This document shows positions 1 to 11,186 of a stretch of 64,000 nt of DNA, piece by piece. The notes beneath the pieces are model-generated. The model was not told where the DNA came from. It made no database searches and saw nothing but the letters and a program-made list of their open reading frames with translations. Source of the stretch: an uncultured archaeon (GTDB lineage Archaea > Thermoproteota > Bathyarchaeia > Bathyarchaeales > Bathycorpusculaceae); assembly GCA_963810275.1 (NCBI GenBank), contig CAWENF010000019.1:1-64000 (forward strand), given 5' to 3'. Within the stretch, counting starts at the first letter, position 1, and each line of letters starts with the position of its first letter. The translations under genes and the position numbers were made by a program.

Positions 1-467
1 TAAGCCTTGAAGTCAGCAAGGCTCAGGAAGTGCAGGTTGGGCGTGTCGTACCACTGGTAAGGCAGCGCAGCCGTCACAGGAACTCTGCCGCGAAGGCAAA
101 TGCTGGTGCGGGCTTTATAGAAGGCGAAGTTGGGGATTCCAACGATGGCGTTTTTCCCGACGCGCAGAGCCTCCTCAAGTGCTTGGGCGGGTTTTTTAAC
201 TTGCTGCAATGTCTGGTTAAGGATTACGTAGTCGAAGCTGTCGTCCGCGTACTCGCTAAGGCCCGTGTCTATGTCTTGCTGGTACACGCTAAGCCCCTCA
301 GATACGCATCTGCTGACGGCTTTGATGTCCAGCTCTATGCCCTGCCCGCGAACCTCACGCTCCCTTGCGAGGAAAGAGAGCAGTTTGCCGTCTCCGCAGC
401 CCAAATCCAGCGCCGAAGCCCTATTACTTATCCACTGGGCAAATATTCTCTGTTCAAAGTTGCTCAC
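1..467 (-). CDS. metW: Methionine biosynthesis protein MetW (SAM-methyltransferase fold); 3' end outside the window, not in the ORF track
   Basis: Manual translation from GTG at 467 (GGAGG upstream): MSNFEQRIFAQWISNRASALDLGCGDGKLL...FDYVILNQTLQQV...IVGIPNF...LPYQWYDTPNLHFLSLADF; overlaps the metX stop. Confidence 0.9.
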   Translation of the reverse strand, partial: MSNFEQRIFAQWISNRASALDLGCGDGKLLSFLAREREVRGQGIELDIKAVSRCVSEGLSVYQQDIDTGLSEYADDSFDYVILNQTLQQVKKPAQALEEALRVGKNAIVGIPNFAFYKARTSICLRGRVPVTAALPYQWYDTPNLHFLSLADFKA

Positions 468-1572
468 TGTTTTGGCCTCCTTTTCCGCTGACGCCCCTAA
501 GGAAATCCCCAACAAGCCGCCCAAGATGCTCAGTCTCCACCAAAAACGAATCGTGCCCATATGGTGCGTCGAGTTCGCAGTAGCTGGCATCTATCTCGCT
601 CTGCTTGCATGCCTTGACTATTTCACGCGCTTGTGTGGTGGTGTAGAGCCAGTCAGATTTGTAGGCGACCACCAGAACCTTGGCGTTTAACCCGTTGAAG
701 AGGGCATTTGAGTTGCCGTTTGGGAGGTTGAAAGTGTCGATAGCTTTTGTGATGTAGAGGTAGCTGTTTGCGTCAAAACGCCCGACAAAGCTGTCGCCTC
801 GGCTTCTGAGGTAGTCTTCGACTTCAAAGCCTGCACCAAACCTGGATTGCCCAGTGGCGTTGCGGGTTTTTCTGCCGAACTTTTTCTCCATAGAAGCTTC
901 GCTCATGTATGTTATGTGCCCTATCATTCGGGCTATGGCTAAGCCTTTGGCTGGGGCTACTTTGCCGTAGTAGCTACCGCCGTTCCAATCAGGGTCAGTA
1001 ATTATGGCTTGGCGTCCGACTTCATTAAAAGCGATTTGCTGAGGCGAATGCTTAAGCGTGGTTGCTATGGGCACTGCGGCTCTGATGCGGTCAGGATAGG
1101 CGTTCATCCACTGTAGGACTTGCATGCCGCCCATTGAACCGCCGACCACAGCCAGCAGTTTGCCGAGGCCGAGGTGGTCGATGAGTATGCGCTGAGCATT
1201 CACAAAATCAGCTATAGAGACAAGAGGGAAATCAACACCGTACCGTTGCCCATTTTTGGGGTTTACTGAGGAGGGCCCAGTCGAGCCTCCGCAGCCGCCC
1301 AACACGTTGCTGCAAACCACGAAATATTTGTTGGTGTCGATGGGTTTGCCTTCGCCGACTATGCTGCTCCACCAGCCTCCTTCGCCGGAGACGTGAGCGT
1401 CGCCACTTAGAGCATGGCAGACTAGGACGGCGTTGGTTTGGGTGGGGTTTAGGGTGCCGTAGGTTTCGTAGGCGACCGTGACGGATGATAGTCTTTCACT
1501 TGACTCCAACTTAAGCTCGTTTATGGTGTAGGTATGCGTTTGGGTTACCGCCATGTGTGTTTTCTCCTGCAT
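454..1572 (-). CDS. metX: Homoserine O-acetyltransferase
   Basis: CHALSGD, GGSMGGMQ nucleophile elbow, FDANSY, YGHDSFL motifs. Confidence 0.95.
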   Translation of the reverse strand: MQEKTHMAVTQTHTYTINELKLESSERLSSVTVAYETYGTLNPTQTNAVLVCHALSGDAHVSGEGGWWSSIVGEGKPIDTNKYFVVCSNVLGGCGGSTGPSSVNPKNGQRYGVDFPLVSIADFVNAQRILIDHLGLGKLLAVVGGSMGGMQVLQWMNAYPDRIRAAVPIATTLKHSPQQIAFNEVGRQAIITDPDWNGGSYYGKVAPAKGLAIARMIGHITYMSEASMEKKFGRKTRNATGQSRFGAGFEVEDYLRSRGDSFVGRFDANSYLYITKAIDTFNLPNGNSNALFNGLNAKVLVVAYKSDWLYTTTQAREIVKACKQSEIDASYCELDAPYGHDSFLVETEHLGRLVGDFLRGVSGKGGQNSEQL

Positions 1573-1582
1573 ACTGCACTGG

Positions 1583-2926
<1,344 letters not shown>

Positions 2927-2968
2927 TTAAATTCCAAAAAGAATAAATCACATAATAAATATTCCAGT

Positions 2969-3322
2969 TTAAATGTAGTAGTCAGGCTTCGGACCACACC
3001 CATCCGAACGCCTGCGGCGGCACAAAGACGAACACAGACGACAAAAATCAACCGCCAAAGCAGCATCCTCATCGCCAGCCGCGATTTTCTGAGCTTCCTC
3101 TTGTGCCATAAAACGGATTTTTGGCAAAAACTCCTCAACCTGCCCCGCCCCCTTAAAAGCCCGCTTCGAACTCAAATACTGAGACACGGCGGCTTGGCTG
3201 GTGCCTAGCTTTTTGGCGGCGGTGGTTTGGCTAAGGTGGTGTTTCTGGACAAGTTCTTTGGCTATCATAGCGCGGAATATTGGTAGTATGTATTTGCCGA
3301 CGCTTTCGCATTGGGGCTCCAT
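2969..3322 (-). CDS. Small archaeal HTH transcriptional regulator with N-terminal Cys and C-terminal CxxCxxxC
   Basis: PQCE...LPIFRAMIAKEL...LSQTTAAKKLGTSQAAVSQYLSSKRA (HTH), FCRLCSSLC. Confidence 0.8.
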   Translation of the reverse strand: MEPQCESVGKYILPIFRAMIAKELVQKHHLSQTTAAKKLGTSQAAVSQYLSSKRAFKGAGQVEEFLPKIRFMAQEEAQKIAAGDEDAALAVDFCRLCSSLCRRRRSDGCGPKPDYYI

Positions 3323-3335
3323 GTTTACCGTTTTG

Positions 3336-3352
3336 CTATAACGGGTTTATAG
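3336..3352. promoter_or_regulatory. Near-palindromic candidate operator CTATAACgggTTTATAG
   Basis: One mismatch to ATAAC-N3-GTTAT; lies between the divergent regulator genes. Confidence 0.55.
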
Positions 3353-3465
3353 GTAAAAACCTTTTCAGCAGGCAGGCAAATTTTGAGTTTACGCAGAATT
3401 TGATGGTTAGTCAAAAATGGTTTATTCCAAAAGTAATATAACCACATACCGCAAATTTCTAAACC

Positions 3466-4020
3466 ATGTTCCCAACGCTCGAAGACATCGCCAAACGCCG
3501 ACGCCAACTAGGCCTCAAACAGTCCGAACTCGCCAAAGCCGCAGGCGTATCCCAATCCCTTATAGCCAAACTCGAAGCTGGAACCATCGACTCCTCCTAC
3601 AACAAAGTCAAAACTATCTTCGACGTACTCGAACGCTTAGAATTTAAAACCAGAGTTCAAACCGAAAAACTTGTACACAGCGAAGTCATATCCGTCCAGA
3701 AAAGCACCCCAATTTCCGAAGTCGTCAAAGTCATGAAGACACACGAAATCAGCCAGATGCCAGTGTTTGACGGCAAGCAATCGGTTGGCAGCATCTCTGA
3801 GAAAGCGATTTTGCACCAGATTCTCTCAGGCCACGATTTGGAAGAGATTTCAAGGTTGCCGGCGGAGAAGATTATGGAGGAGGCTTTTCCGCAGATTAAT
3901 GAGGAAGCGCCTTTGCCATTGATTACAAGTTTGCTGCAGACTTATTCGGCGGTTTTGGTTTCACGACGGGGCGATATAATTGGTATTATTACTAAGGCGG
4001 ATTTGCTTAGGATGCTTTAA
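3466..4020 (+). CDS. XRE-type HTH transcriptional regulator with C-terminal CBS pair
   Basis: LKQSELAKAAGVSQSLIAKLEAG HTH followed by two CBS motifs (ISQMPVFDGKQSVGSISE; GIITKADLL). Confidence 0.9.
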   Translation: MFPTLEDIAKRRRQLGLKQSELAKAAGVSQSLIAKLEAGTIDSSYNKVKTIFDVLERLEFKTRVQTEKLVHSEVISVQKSTPISEVVKVMKTHEISQMPVFDGKQSVGSISEKAILHQILSGHDLEEISRLPAEKIMEEAFPQINEEAPLPLITSLLQTYSAVLVSRRGDIIGIITKADLLRML

Positions 4021-4104
4021 TCAGGTTTTTATTTGGGTTTAGGTTTCTTTGTTTTGTTGTTTGTGGTGTTTTCAGTAAAGATTTTTATGCGCCATCCAAC
4101 GACT

Positions 4105-4119
4105 TATAACAGTGTTATA
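4105..4119. promoter_or_regulatory. Palindromic candidate operator TATAACagtGTTATA upstream of cysK
   Basis: Perfect 6-3-6 palindrome about 16 bp downstream of the TATA-like TTTTTATG (4082-4089). Confidence 0.7.
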
Positions 4120-4123
4120 GAGG

Positions 4124-5065
4124 TTGAGTGGCATGAAAATAAACCCAACAGTCCTTGAAACAGTAAGCAAGACCCCACTCATACGCCTAAACAAACTAAC
4201 GGAAGGCATAGACGCAACCGTAGTGGGCAAACTTGAATCACGTAACCCCGGCGGGTCAGTCAAAGATCGCATCTGCAAAGCTATGATAGAGGACGCCGAA
4301 AAGCAAGGTGTCTTAAAACCCAGCGCTACAATCATCGAACCTACCTCAGGAAACACAGGCATTGGGCTAGCTATGGTTGCTGCCGTTAAAGGTTACAAAC
4401 TTATCCTAACTATGCCCGAAACCATGAGCGTGGAACGCCGAAACCTTCTCAAAGCATACGGCGCCCAACTCGTCTTAACCCCCGGCGCAGAAGGCATGGT
4501 CGGTGCCATCAAAAAAGCTGAAGAACTCCACATCAACACGCCCGACAGCTTTATGCCGCAACAATTCAAAAACCCCGCCAATCCAAAAACCCACTTCCAA
4601 ACCACAGGGCCCGAAATCTGGAAAGACACCGATGGTAAAGTCGACATAGTTGTAGCAGGAGTGGGAACAGGCGGAACCATAACAGGGTTAACCCAATACA
4701 TTAAACCCAAAAAAGCCACGTTCAAAGCCATCGCAGTCGAACCCGCCTCGTCACCGGTGCTAAACGGAGGCAAAAAAGGTCCCCACAAGATACAAGGCAT
4801 CGGTGCAGGCTTCAAACCCGACGTCCTTGAGATGCAATTAGTGAATGAGGTTTTCCAAGTCACCGACGAACAAGCCCTATGCACGGCGCGGCTACTTGCC
4901 CAAAAGGAAGGTCTGCTCGTGGGCATCTCTTCAGGCGCAGCGGTGTATGCTGCGTTGGAAGTAGCTAAGCGCCCCGAAAACCGCGCTAAGCTGTTGGTGG
5001 CGATTTTACCTGACACAGGCGAGCGGTACCTAAGCACCGCACTATTTCAGACCTCAGAGGCTTAA
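4124..5065 (+). CDS. cysK: Cysteine synthase A (ATG at 4133 is a likely start)
   Basis: NPGGSVKDR (PLP Lys), [32 protein letters not shown]. Confidence 0.96.
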   Translation: MSGMKINPTVLETVSKTPLIRLNKLTEGIDATVVGKLESRNPGGSVKDRICKAMIEDAEKQGVLKPSATIIEPTSGNTGIGLAMVAAVKGYKLILTMPETMSVERRNLLKAYGAQLVLTPGAEGMVGAIKKAEELHINTPDSFMPQQFKNPANPKTHFQTTGPEIWKDTDGKVDIVVAGVGTGGTITGLTQYIKPKKATFKAIAVEPASSPVLNGGKKGPHKIQGIGAGFKPDVLEMQLVNEVFQVTDEQALCTARLLAQKEGLLVGISSGAAVYAALEVAKRPENRAKLLVAILPDTGERYLSTALFQTSEA

Positions 5066-5142
5066 GAAAAAGGTAACAGACTGCTGACAGACGCTTTTCT
5101 TATATTCACCTCCAAACCAAATATAATAGAAAGTGAAAAGAG

Positions 5143-6204
5143 ATGTCTTCAAACCCTAAGCAGGGAGTACCTAAAATCTGCAGTGAATGCAAAGAAAAAA
5201 ACTTTGATGCCGACTGCTGGAACCCAGACCGAATGCTGGAAGCACTTATGAACGAAACCAAAGAAGTAGAGAAGGATTGGGTTATGAAGGGCTTACCCGA
5301 AGTGCTTGATCATGTAATGGAGAGCTACCACAAATACGGCGGCATGGACCACTTGGAGGGTCGCGATTTACCCAGCAAAAAAGTTGTGCTTGAAGTGTTA
5401 GACGATCTATTCATAGTTCTCTTCCCAGGCTACCTTGGTGACAGCGGAATAACTAAAGCTAATATCAAATACCACTTGGGAACCAAGCTCACAAGCGTCT
5501 ATACAAGGTTAACCGAAGAGGTTGAGAAAAGCCTCAAGTATATCTGCAGAAAAATCAGCGAATGCCCACAAGACGTATGCCAAAAACGAGCGCACATCGT
5601 CGTAAGAGAACTAATAGAGAAACTGCCTAAAATCCGAGCCGAACTCAGCGGAGACATCCAAGCAGCCTACGACGGCGACCCCGCAGCAGTCAGTAACGAA
5701 GAAATCATACTAAGTTACCCCTGCGTTCTTGCGATAGCCACCTATCGCATCGCCCACGAACTCTACTTAAACGGCGTCCCAATCATTCCACGCATAATGA
5801 GTGAACGCATGCACAGCCTAACAGGCATCGACATCCACCCAGGCGCCAAAATCGGCAAAAATTTCTTCATAGACCATGGCACAGGCGTTGTCATAGGCGA
5901 AACCACGGAAATCGGCGATAACGTCAAACTCTACCAAGGCGTCACTTTGGGAGCGCTGAGTTTCCCAAAAGACGAAAAGGGCAACATTATCAAGGGCAGA
6001 AAACGCCACCCAACCATCGGCAACAACGTCATTATCTACTCAGGCGCAACTCTGTTGGGCGCGGAGACTGTTATTGGTGACAACGTAGTGGTAGGCGGCA
6101 ACGTGTGGTTGACTGGGCCAGTTGCTTCTGGGACTAAAATAACAATAACAGAACCAGAGCAAAAATACAAGGTGGAAAACCATAGCCACGAAGACAAAAC
6201 CTAG
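5143..6204 (+). CDS. cysE: Serine O-acetyltransferase (long EpsC-like form)
   Basis: [47 protein letters not shown] hexapeptide region. Confidence 0.93.
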   Translation: MSSNPKQGVPKICSECKEKNFDADCWNPDRMLEALMNETKEVEKDWVMKGLPEVLDHVMESYHKYGGMDHLEGRDLPSKKVVLEVLDDLFIVLFPGYLGDSGITKANIKYHLGTKLTSVYTRLTEEVEKSLKYICRKISECPQDVCQKRAHIVVRELIEKLPKIRAELSGDIQAAYDGDPAAVSNEEIILSYPCVLAIATYRIAHELYLNGVPIIPRIMSERMHSLTGIDIHPGAKIGKNFFIDHGTGVVIGETTEIGDNVKLYQGVTLGALSFPKDEKGNIIKGRKRHPTIGNNVIIYSGATLLGAETVIGDNVVVGGNVWLTGPVASGTKITITEPEQKYKVENHSHEDKT

Positions 6205-6381
6205 CCCAGAAGCAACCCAATTTTCAAGACTATCATTTAGAAGAGCCACTTCACGTTAGTGCCTTCGTATTTGAAAGTTATGATTCAAAGCTTCGTCACA
6301 TCTGACTGCCTTAAGAAGAAATATTGCACCAAATAGAGTATTCTGGGAACAACAAAAATTTGGGAGCCTAAAAAAGACGTT

Positions 6382-6843
6382 TTAGAGTAGGCGGAAGTTT
6401 TCTTTAACTGTCGTCAATGCAACATGGGTATTGGTGCGTTCAATGTAGGGAATGGCTAGGAGTCTTTTGGTAAAGCCACCGAGGTCTTCTCTGCTTTTAA
6501 ATTTTGCTATGATTATAGCGTCGGTTAACCCGGTTACGTCGTAGACTCCGCATACATTGGGGATTTTGGCTATTTCAACTTCCGTTTCCGTCAGCCTGCC
6601 TTTAGATACGGTTATTTCGGTGACCACGGTAAGTTGGTACCCGAGTTTCTCGTGGTCTAGGAGGACTGAATAACCTTTGATGAGGCCATCGTCCTCCATC
6701 TTTTTAATTCTGGACAGAACAGTGCCGACGGATACGCCGACGTTCTTGGCGATTTGGCGACTGCTGAATCTAGCATCTTCTAGGAGACCTTGAAGGATTT
6801 TTACGTCAGTGTCGTTTAATTCCACAATTATCTCTTCCTGCAC
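6382..6843 (-). CDS. Lrp/AsnC family transcriptional regulator
   Basis: DVKILQGLLEDARFSSRQIAKNVGVSVGTVLSRIKKM HTH plus RAM domain (YDVTG). Confidence 0.93.
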   Translation of the reverse strand: MQEEIIVELNDTDVKILQGLLEDARFSSRQIAKNVGVSVGTVLSRIKKMEDDGLIKGYSVLLDHEKLGYQLTVVTEITVSKGRLTETEVEIAKIPNVCGVYDVTGLTDAIIIAKFKSREDLGGFTKRLLAIPYIERTNTHVALTTVKENFRLL

Positions 6844-7039
6844 GTTTTTTCAATCAAATCCAATTTTATGGGACACTCTTTTGATAATCACACGATTAAG
6901 TTTATAAAAGTTTAGTTCAAAAGGCATCAGTACCAATGCATAAAAAAGAAAACAAAGGGTAATGGAGCATTGCTTTAACAGAAAAAAGATAGCAATCTTA
7001 AATTATAGCTTAAACAGCAAAATAGCTGTGAGTCAGTCT

Positions 7040-8591
7040 ATGCCAGCCAAAATATGACACCATACTAGTTTTGGATTTCGGAGGACAATACTGCCACCTC
7101 ATCGGTAGAAGAATCAGAGAACACGGTGTCTACAGCGAAATCGTGCCCCATGATGTTTCACCCAAAGAAGTAGTCGAGCTACAAGAGAAATTTAACGTTA
7201 AAGGCTTAATATTTTCAGGCGGCCCCTCTAGCGTTTACGGTCTAAACGCACCGAAACTACACCCGCGCATCCTAGAAGTGAACTTGCCAATACTAGGATT
7301 ATGTTATGGGCATCAACTGCTAGCGCAGGTTGTTAACGGAAAAGTGGAACCCGCCACATGTAAAGAGTATGGTATCACACAGGTGAATATCGACAAACCT
7401 GTGGGCATCCTTGAAGGCTTAAGTGATAAAGAACAAGTTTGGATGAGCCACGGCGACACCGTTATGGCTCCGCCCCCAAACTTCGAAACTTTGGCGCACA
7501 CAGACAGCTGCCCTGTTGCGGCCTTTCGCCACAAAACAAAACCCATCTATGGGCTACAGTGGCACCCAGAAGTGATCCACACAGAACACGGCATACGCAT
7601 GCTCCAAAACTTCATATTCCAAGTCTGCAAGGCACAGGCTAACTGGCAAATGGAGGATTTAATCCCAAAAATGGAGAAGGAACTCCGAGACGAAACCGCA
7701 GGTGGCAGAGCCATAATCGGCTTAAGCGGTGGCATAGACTCTAGCGTTGCAACGGCACTTGCAGCTAAGGCTTTAGGCGAAAAGTTGACAGCGGTTTACG
7801 TCGATCACGGCTTCATGCGGGAAGGCGAGACTGAAGCCATCCGCGCAACCTTCGAGAAATTCGATATAGATCTCATCGTAGCCGACACTTCAGAGCGTTT
7901 CATGAACAAGCTGCGAGGTGTGGTTGAGCCTGAAACCAAACGTAAAATCATGGGCGAAGAATTCATCCGTGTATTCGAAGAGTTTGCTAATCAGTCAGGC
8001 GCAGAATACCTGATACAGGGCACCATCTATCCAGACCGCATCGAGTCGGGTTTTCGCAAAAACAGCGACCTAATCAAGTCGCACCACAACGTCGCAGGCT
8101 TGCCAGAAAAAATCAAGTTCAAAAAAATCCTGGAGCCGCTACGTGACCTCTACAAGGACGAAGTACGAAAAGTCGCCCGCATGCTGGGTTTACCTAAGGA
8201 GATAGTGAATAGGCAACCGTTTCCGGGACCTGGCTTGGCAGTACGCATTATCGGTCCATTGACGGATGAAAAAGTCTGGATTGCCAAGCGCAGCGACAAA
8301 ATCGTGCGAGAAGAAATCGAGAAATGTGACTTCGCTGAAGGACTCTGGCAGTACTTCTCTGTGGTCACTGATACAAAAGCTACTGGCGTGAAGGGCGACG
8401 CACACGCTTACGGGTTTGTGGTTGCAGTGCGTGCTATGGAGAGCCGTGAAGCCATGACTGCCAGCTTTGCCAAGCTGCCTTATCAGGTGCTGGAGCGGAT
8501 TTCGACTCGCATAACAAATGAGGTCCCGCAGGTGACTAGGGTGGTTTATGATGTTACGCATAAGCCTCCGGCTACCATCGAGTGGGAATAG
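7040..8591 (+). CDS. guaA: GMP synthase (fused GATase + synthase); ATG 7040 is one base out of frame (extra A near 7050)
   Basis: KYDTILVLDFGGQY, GLCYGHQ, WHPEV, SGGIDSS, IKSHHNV, KPPATIEWE. Confidence 0.95.
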
Positions 8592-8671
8592 CACGCGTTC
8601 AATCTGAATACCCATACTGCTATATACCAAAAAACCGTGTGCCTAGTGTTAGGCATATTTAAGGTGACCCT

Positions 8672-9739
8672 GTGAAAGCATTGATATTAGCAGGCGGCTT
8701 CGCGACGCGACTGCGGCCGCTAAGCTGCAGTAGACCCAAAGCACTCTTTCCGCTAGTGAATAAGCCACTTTTACAGTGGACTTTTGAACGTTTAGCTAAC
8801 AGCGGCGTAGATGAAGCCATATTAGCTGTAAATGCCCTAACCCAATTCTACATCCGCCAGTTCAAACCCCCCCACAGTGGTCTAAAAATCAGGTACTCGA
8901 TTGATCCCCCTAAGAAACCTCTTGGAACCGGGGGACCTGTGAAGAAGGCGGAAAATCTGCTTGGACACGACGAACCGTTCATCGTGCTAAACGGCGACAT
9001 ATTCGCTGAAATCGACTACAAGGAGATGCTTGAAACTCACAAAAGAAACAACGCACTTATCACAATCGCGTTATGCCACGTGGAAGACCCATCTAGCTTT
9101 GGCGTAGTTGAAATAAATGGCGAAAACATCAAGAGGTTCGTCGAGAAACCCAGGCGGAGTGAATCTCCAAGCAAACTTATCAATGCAGGCGCCTACGTTT
9201 TAAGCCCCGAAATCTTCAACTATATCCCCGAAGGCAGAGCAGTATCTATGGAGCGGGAAGTATTCCCCAAAATCGCCCAGGAAAACAGGCTTTTCGGCAG
9301 CCAAATAACCGGGTTATGGATGGACGTAGGCAAGCCGCAGGAGTATTTGCAGGCGAACAAAACCATACTGGACTCCATCTCGTCCACGTTAAAAACACCT
9401 AGACCGGTAGGTAACAAAATAAAAGAACCTGTTGCCATCGCCCGAGGGGTCAGTTTCGGCAAAGGCTGCGTCATAGGACCATACGCTATCTTAGGCAAGA
9501 ACGTTAAGGTCGGTAGAAACGTCACAATCACCGACACAGTTGTGTTTCCAGACGCGGAAATCGGTGACAACGTGTCCCTGCATGGCGCGATCATTGGCGA
9601 ATGCGCCCGTATCGGTGAACACGCAAATCTCGGTAAAGGTTGCATTATAGCGGATCAAGTTAAGGTGAAAGATAAAGTCCACCTGTGTAATGGCACAACT
9701 ATTTGTCCGGCAAAGGAGATATCTGAAAACATTTTATAG
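8672..9739 (+). CDS. NDP-sugar synthase (mannose-1-phosphate guanylyltransferase-like)
   Basis: ILAGGFATRLRPL...PK, LGTGG, NGDIF, WMDVG, C-terminal hexapeptide repeats. Confidence 0.9.
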   Translation: MKALILAGGFATRLRPLSCSRPKALFPLVNKPLLQWTFERLANSGVDEAILAVNALTQFYIRQFKPPHSGLKIRYSIDPPKKPLGTGGPVKKAENLLGHDEPFIVLNGDIFAEIDYKEMLETHKRNNALITIALCHVEDPSSFGVVEINGENIKRFVEKPRRSESPSKLINAGAYVLSPEIFNYIPEGRAVSMEREVFPKIAQENRLFGSQITGLWMDVGKPQEYLQANKTILDSISSTLKTPRPVGNKIKEPVAIARGVSFGKGCVIGPYAILGKNVKVGRNVTITDTVVFPDAEIGDNVSLHGAIIGECARIGEHANLGKGCIIADQVKVKDKVHLCNGTTICPAKEISENIL

Positions 9740-9787
9740 CCTAATTTCCTGTTTTACAGTTACAAAAAAACGGCATGGTTTGAGATT

Positions 9788-11158
9788 ATGAGTACTAGAA
9801 AACTTTTCGGAACAAATGGAGTCAGAGGATTAGTTAACGTTGAACTAACACCTGAAATGGCAATTAAAGTAGGCGCATCAATCGGCACTTTTTTTGGAGC
9901 GGGAAAAAACCTGCTTCTGGGGCACGACGCAAGAATCAGCGGTCCCATGTTTAGCAATGCAGTGATGGCGGGTTTAACCTCAACTGGTGTGAATGTTTAC
10001 TTTGCAGGTTTAGCTTCGACTCCTGCGTTGCAGTTTGCAGTTAAAAACCACCAGCTCGACGGCGCAGTTCTCATCACGGCGTCGCATAACCCTCCAGAAT
10101 ATAATGGTATCAAGGTCGTCTGGAATGACGGTATAGAAACCAGCCACGAACAGGAAGCCTCCATTGAGGAAATCTACTTTGATAACAAAATCGCCTACGC
10201 TCAGTGGGATAAACTTGGTGTTGTGCATGAGTTGCCAGATATTAACATGGAATACAAAGATGCCATCAAGAAGCATGTGGAGATAGAAAAAATTGCCTCC
10301 AAGAAGTTCCATGTTGTTGTGGATGCAGCTAATAGCGTTGGAGGTTTAGCTTGTCCGCCGCTTCTGCGTGAACTTGGATGCAAAGTTACAACCATTAACG
10401 CCAACATCGATGGTACCTTTCCAGGCAGGCTTCCCGAGCCCCGACCAGAGAACCTAGGCGACTTTTCAGCCATCATCAAAGCATTAGGCGCCGACATGGG
10501 AGTAGCGTTTGACGGTGACGCAGACCGCTCAATATTTGCCGACAAAGAGGGCAATATCTACTGGGGAGACAAAACCTTCGCGATAGTAATCAAACAGTAC
10601 CTACAAAAGCACCCGGGCGCGAAAATCGTGACGCCAGTTTCCAGCTCCACGCTCATCAAAGACACAGTAGAAGCCTACGGCGGAAAACTCATTTGGACAA
10701 AGGTAGGCAGTGTAACCGTCTCGCAAACAATGAAAGCCGAGAATTCAAATCTAGGCGGTGAAGAAAATGGCGGCATATTCTACAGACCACACCAAGCTGT
10801 GCGTGACGGTGCAATGACCACAGCCCTTTTGCTAAATATTATGGCGGACACAGGCAAATCAATTGGCGAACTAGTAGCAGAAGAGCCCCAGTACTTCTTG
10901 GAAAAGGGCAAAATCGAGTGCCCCGATTACAAAAAAGCCCCCCTGCTAAAAGTAATGATTGAAATGGTGAAAGGCGAAAACATAAGCACCATTGACGGTG
11001 TCAAAATCTGGTTTAGCGACAGCAGCGCCATCTTAATTCGCCCAAGCGGCACTGAACCGGCGTTTAGGCTGTACGCAGAAGCAAAAAACCATGATAAAGC
11101 ATTAAAGCTAATTGCAGACTACACTGATAAACTCGAAAAAGCCTTAGCAACAATCTAG
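9788..11158 (+). CDS. glmM: Phosphoglucosamine mutase / phosphohexomutase
   Basis: FGTNGVRG, TASHNP (phospho-Ser), DGDADR, GEENGG, RPSGTEP. Confidence 0.88.
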   Translation: MSTRKLFGTNGVRGLVNVELTPEMAIKVGASIGTFFGAGKNLLLGHDARISGPMFSNAVMAGLTSTGVNVYFAGLASTPALQFAVKNHQLDGAVLITASHNPPEYNGIKVVWNDGIETSHEQEASIEEIYFDNKIAYAQWDKLGVVHELPDINMEYKDAIKKHVEIEKIASKKFHVVVDAANSVGGLACPPLLRELGCKVTTINANIDGTFPGRLPEPRPENLGDFSAIIKALGADMGVAFDGDADRSIFADKEGNIYWGDKTFAIVIKQYLQKHPGAKIVTPVSSSTLIKDTVEAYGGKLIWTKVGSVTVSQTMKAENSNLGGEENGGIFYRPHQAVRDGAMTTALLLNIMADTGKSIGELVAEEPQYFLEKGKIECPDYKKAPLLKVMIEMVKGENISTIDGVKIWFSDSSAILIRPSGTEPAFRLYAEAKNHDKALKLIADYTDKLEKALATI

Positions 11159-11186
11159 GCACTTTCTTCCAGGCGAGGAGTAGCCC

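Noticed and set aside
30-690. Plus-strand ORFs 30-491, 265-690 and 365-583, and the many similar antisense ORFs in the track (e.g. 4393-5037, 35452-36054, 42232-42723)
   Set aside because: Shadow frames opposite well-supported genes, with no recognisable motifs
7040-7060. Programmed +1 frameshifting as a general explanation of the split genes
   Set aside because: Contexts are mostly heterogeneous short homopolymers, both +1 and -1 occur, and unrelated genes are hit; sequencing error is simpler
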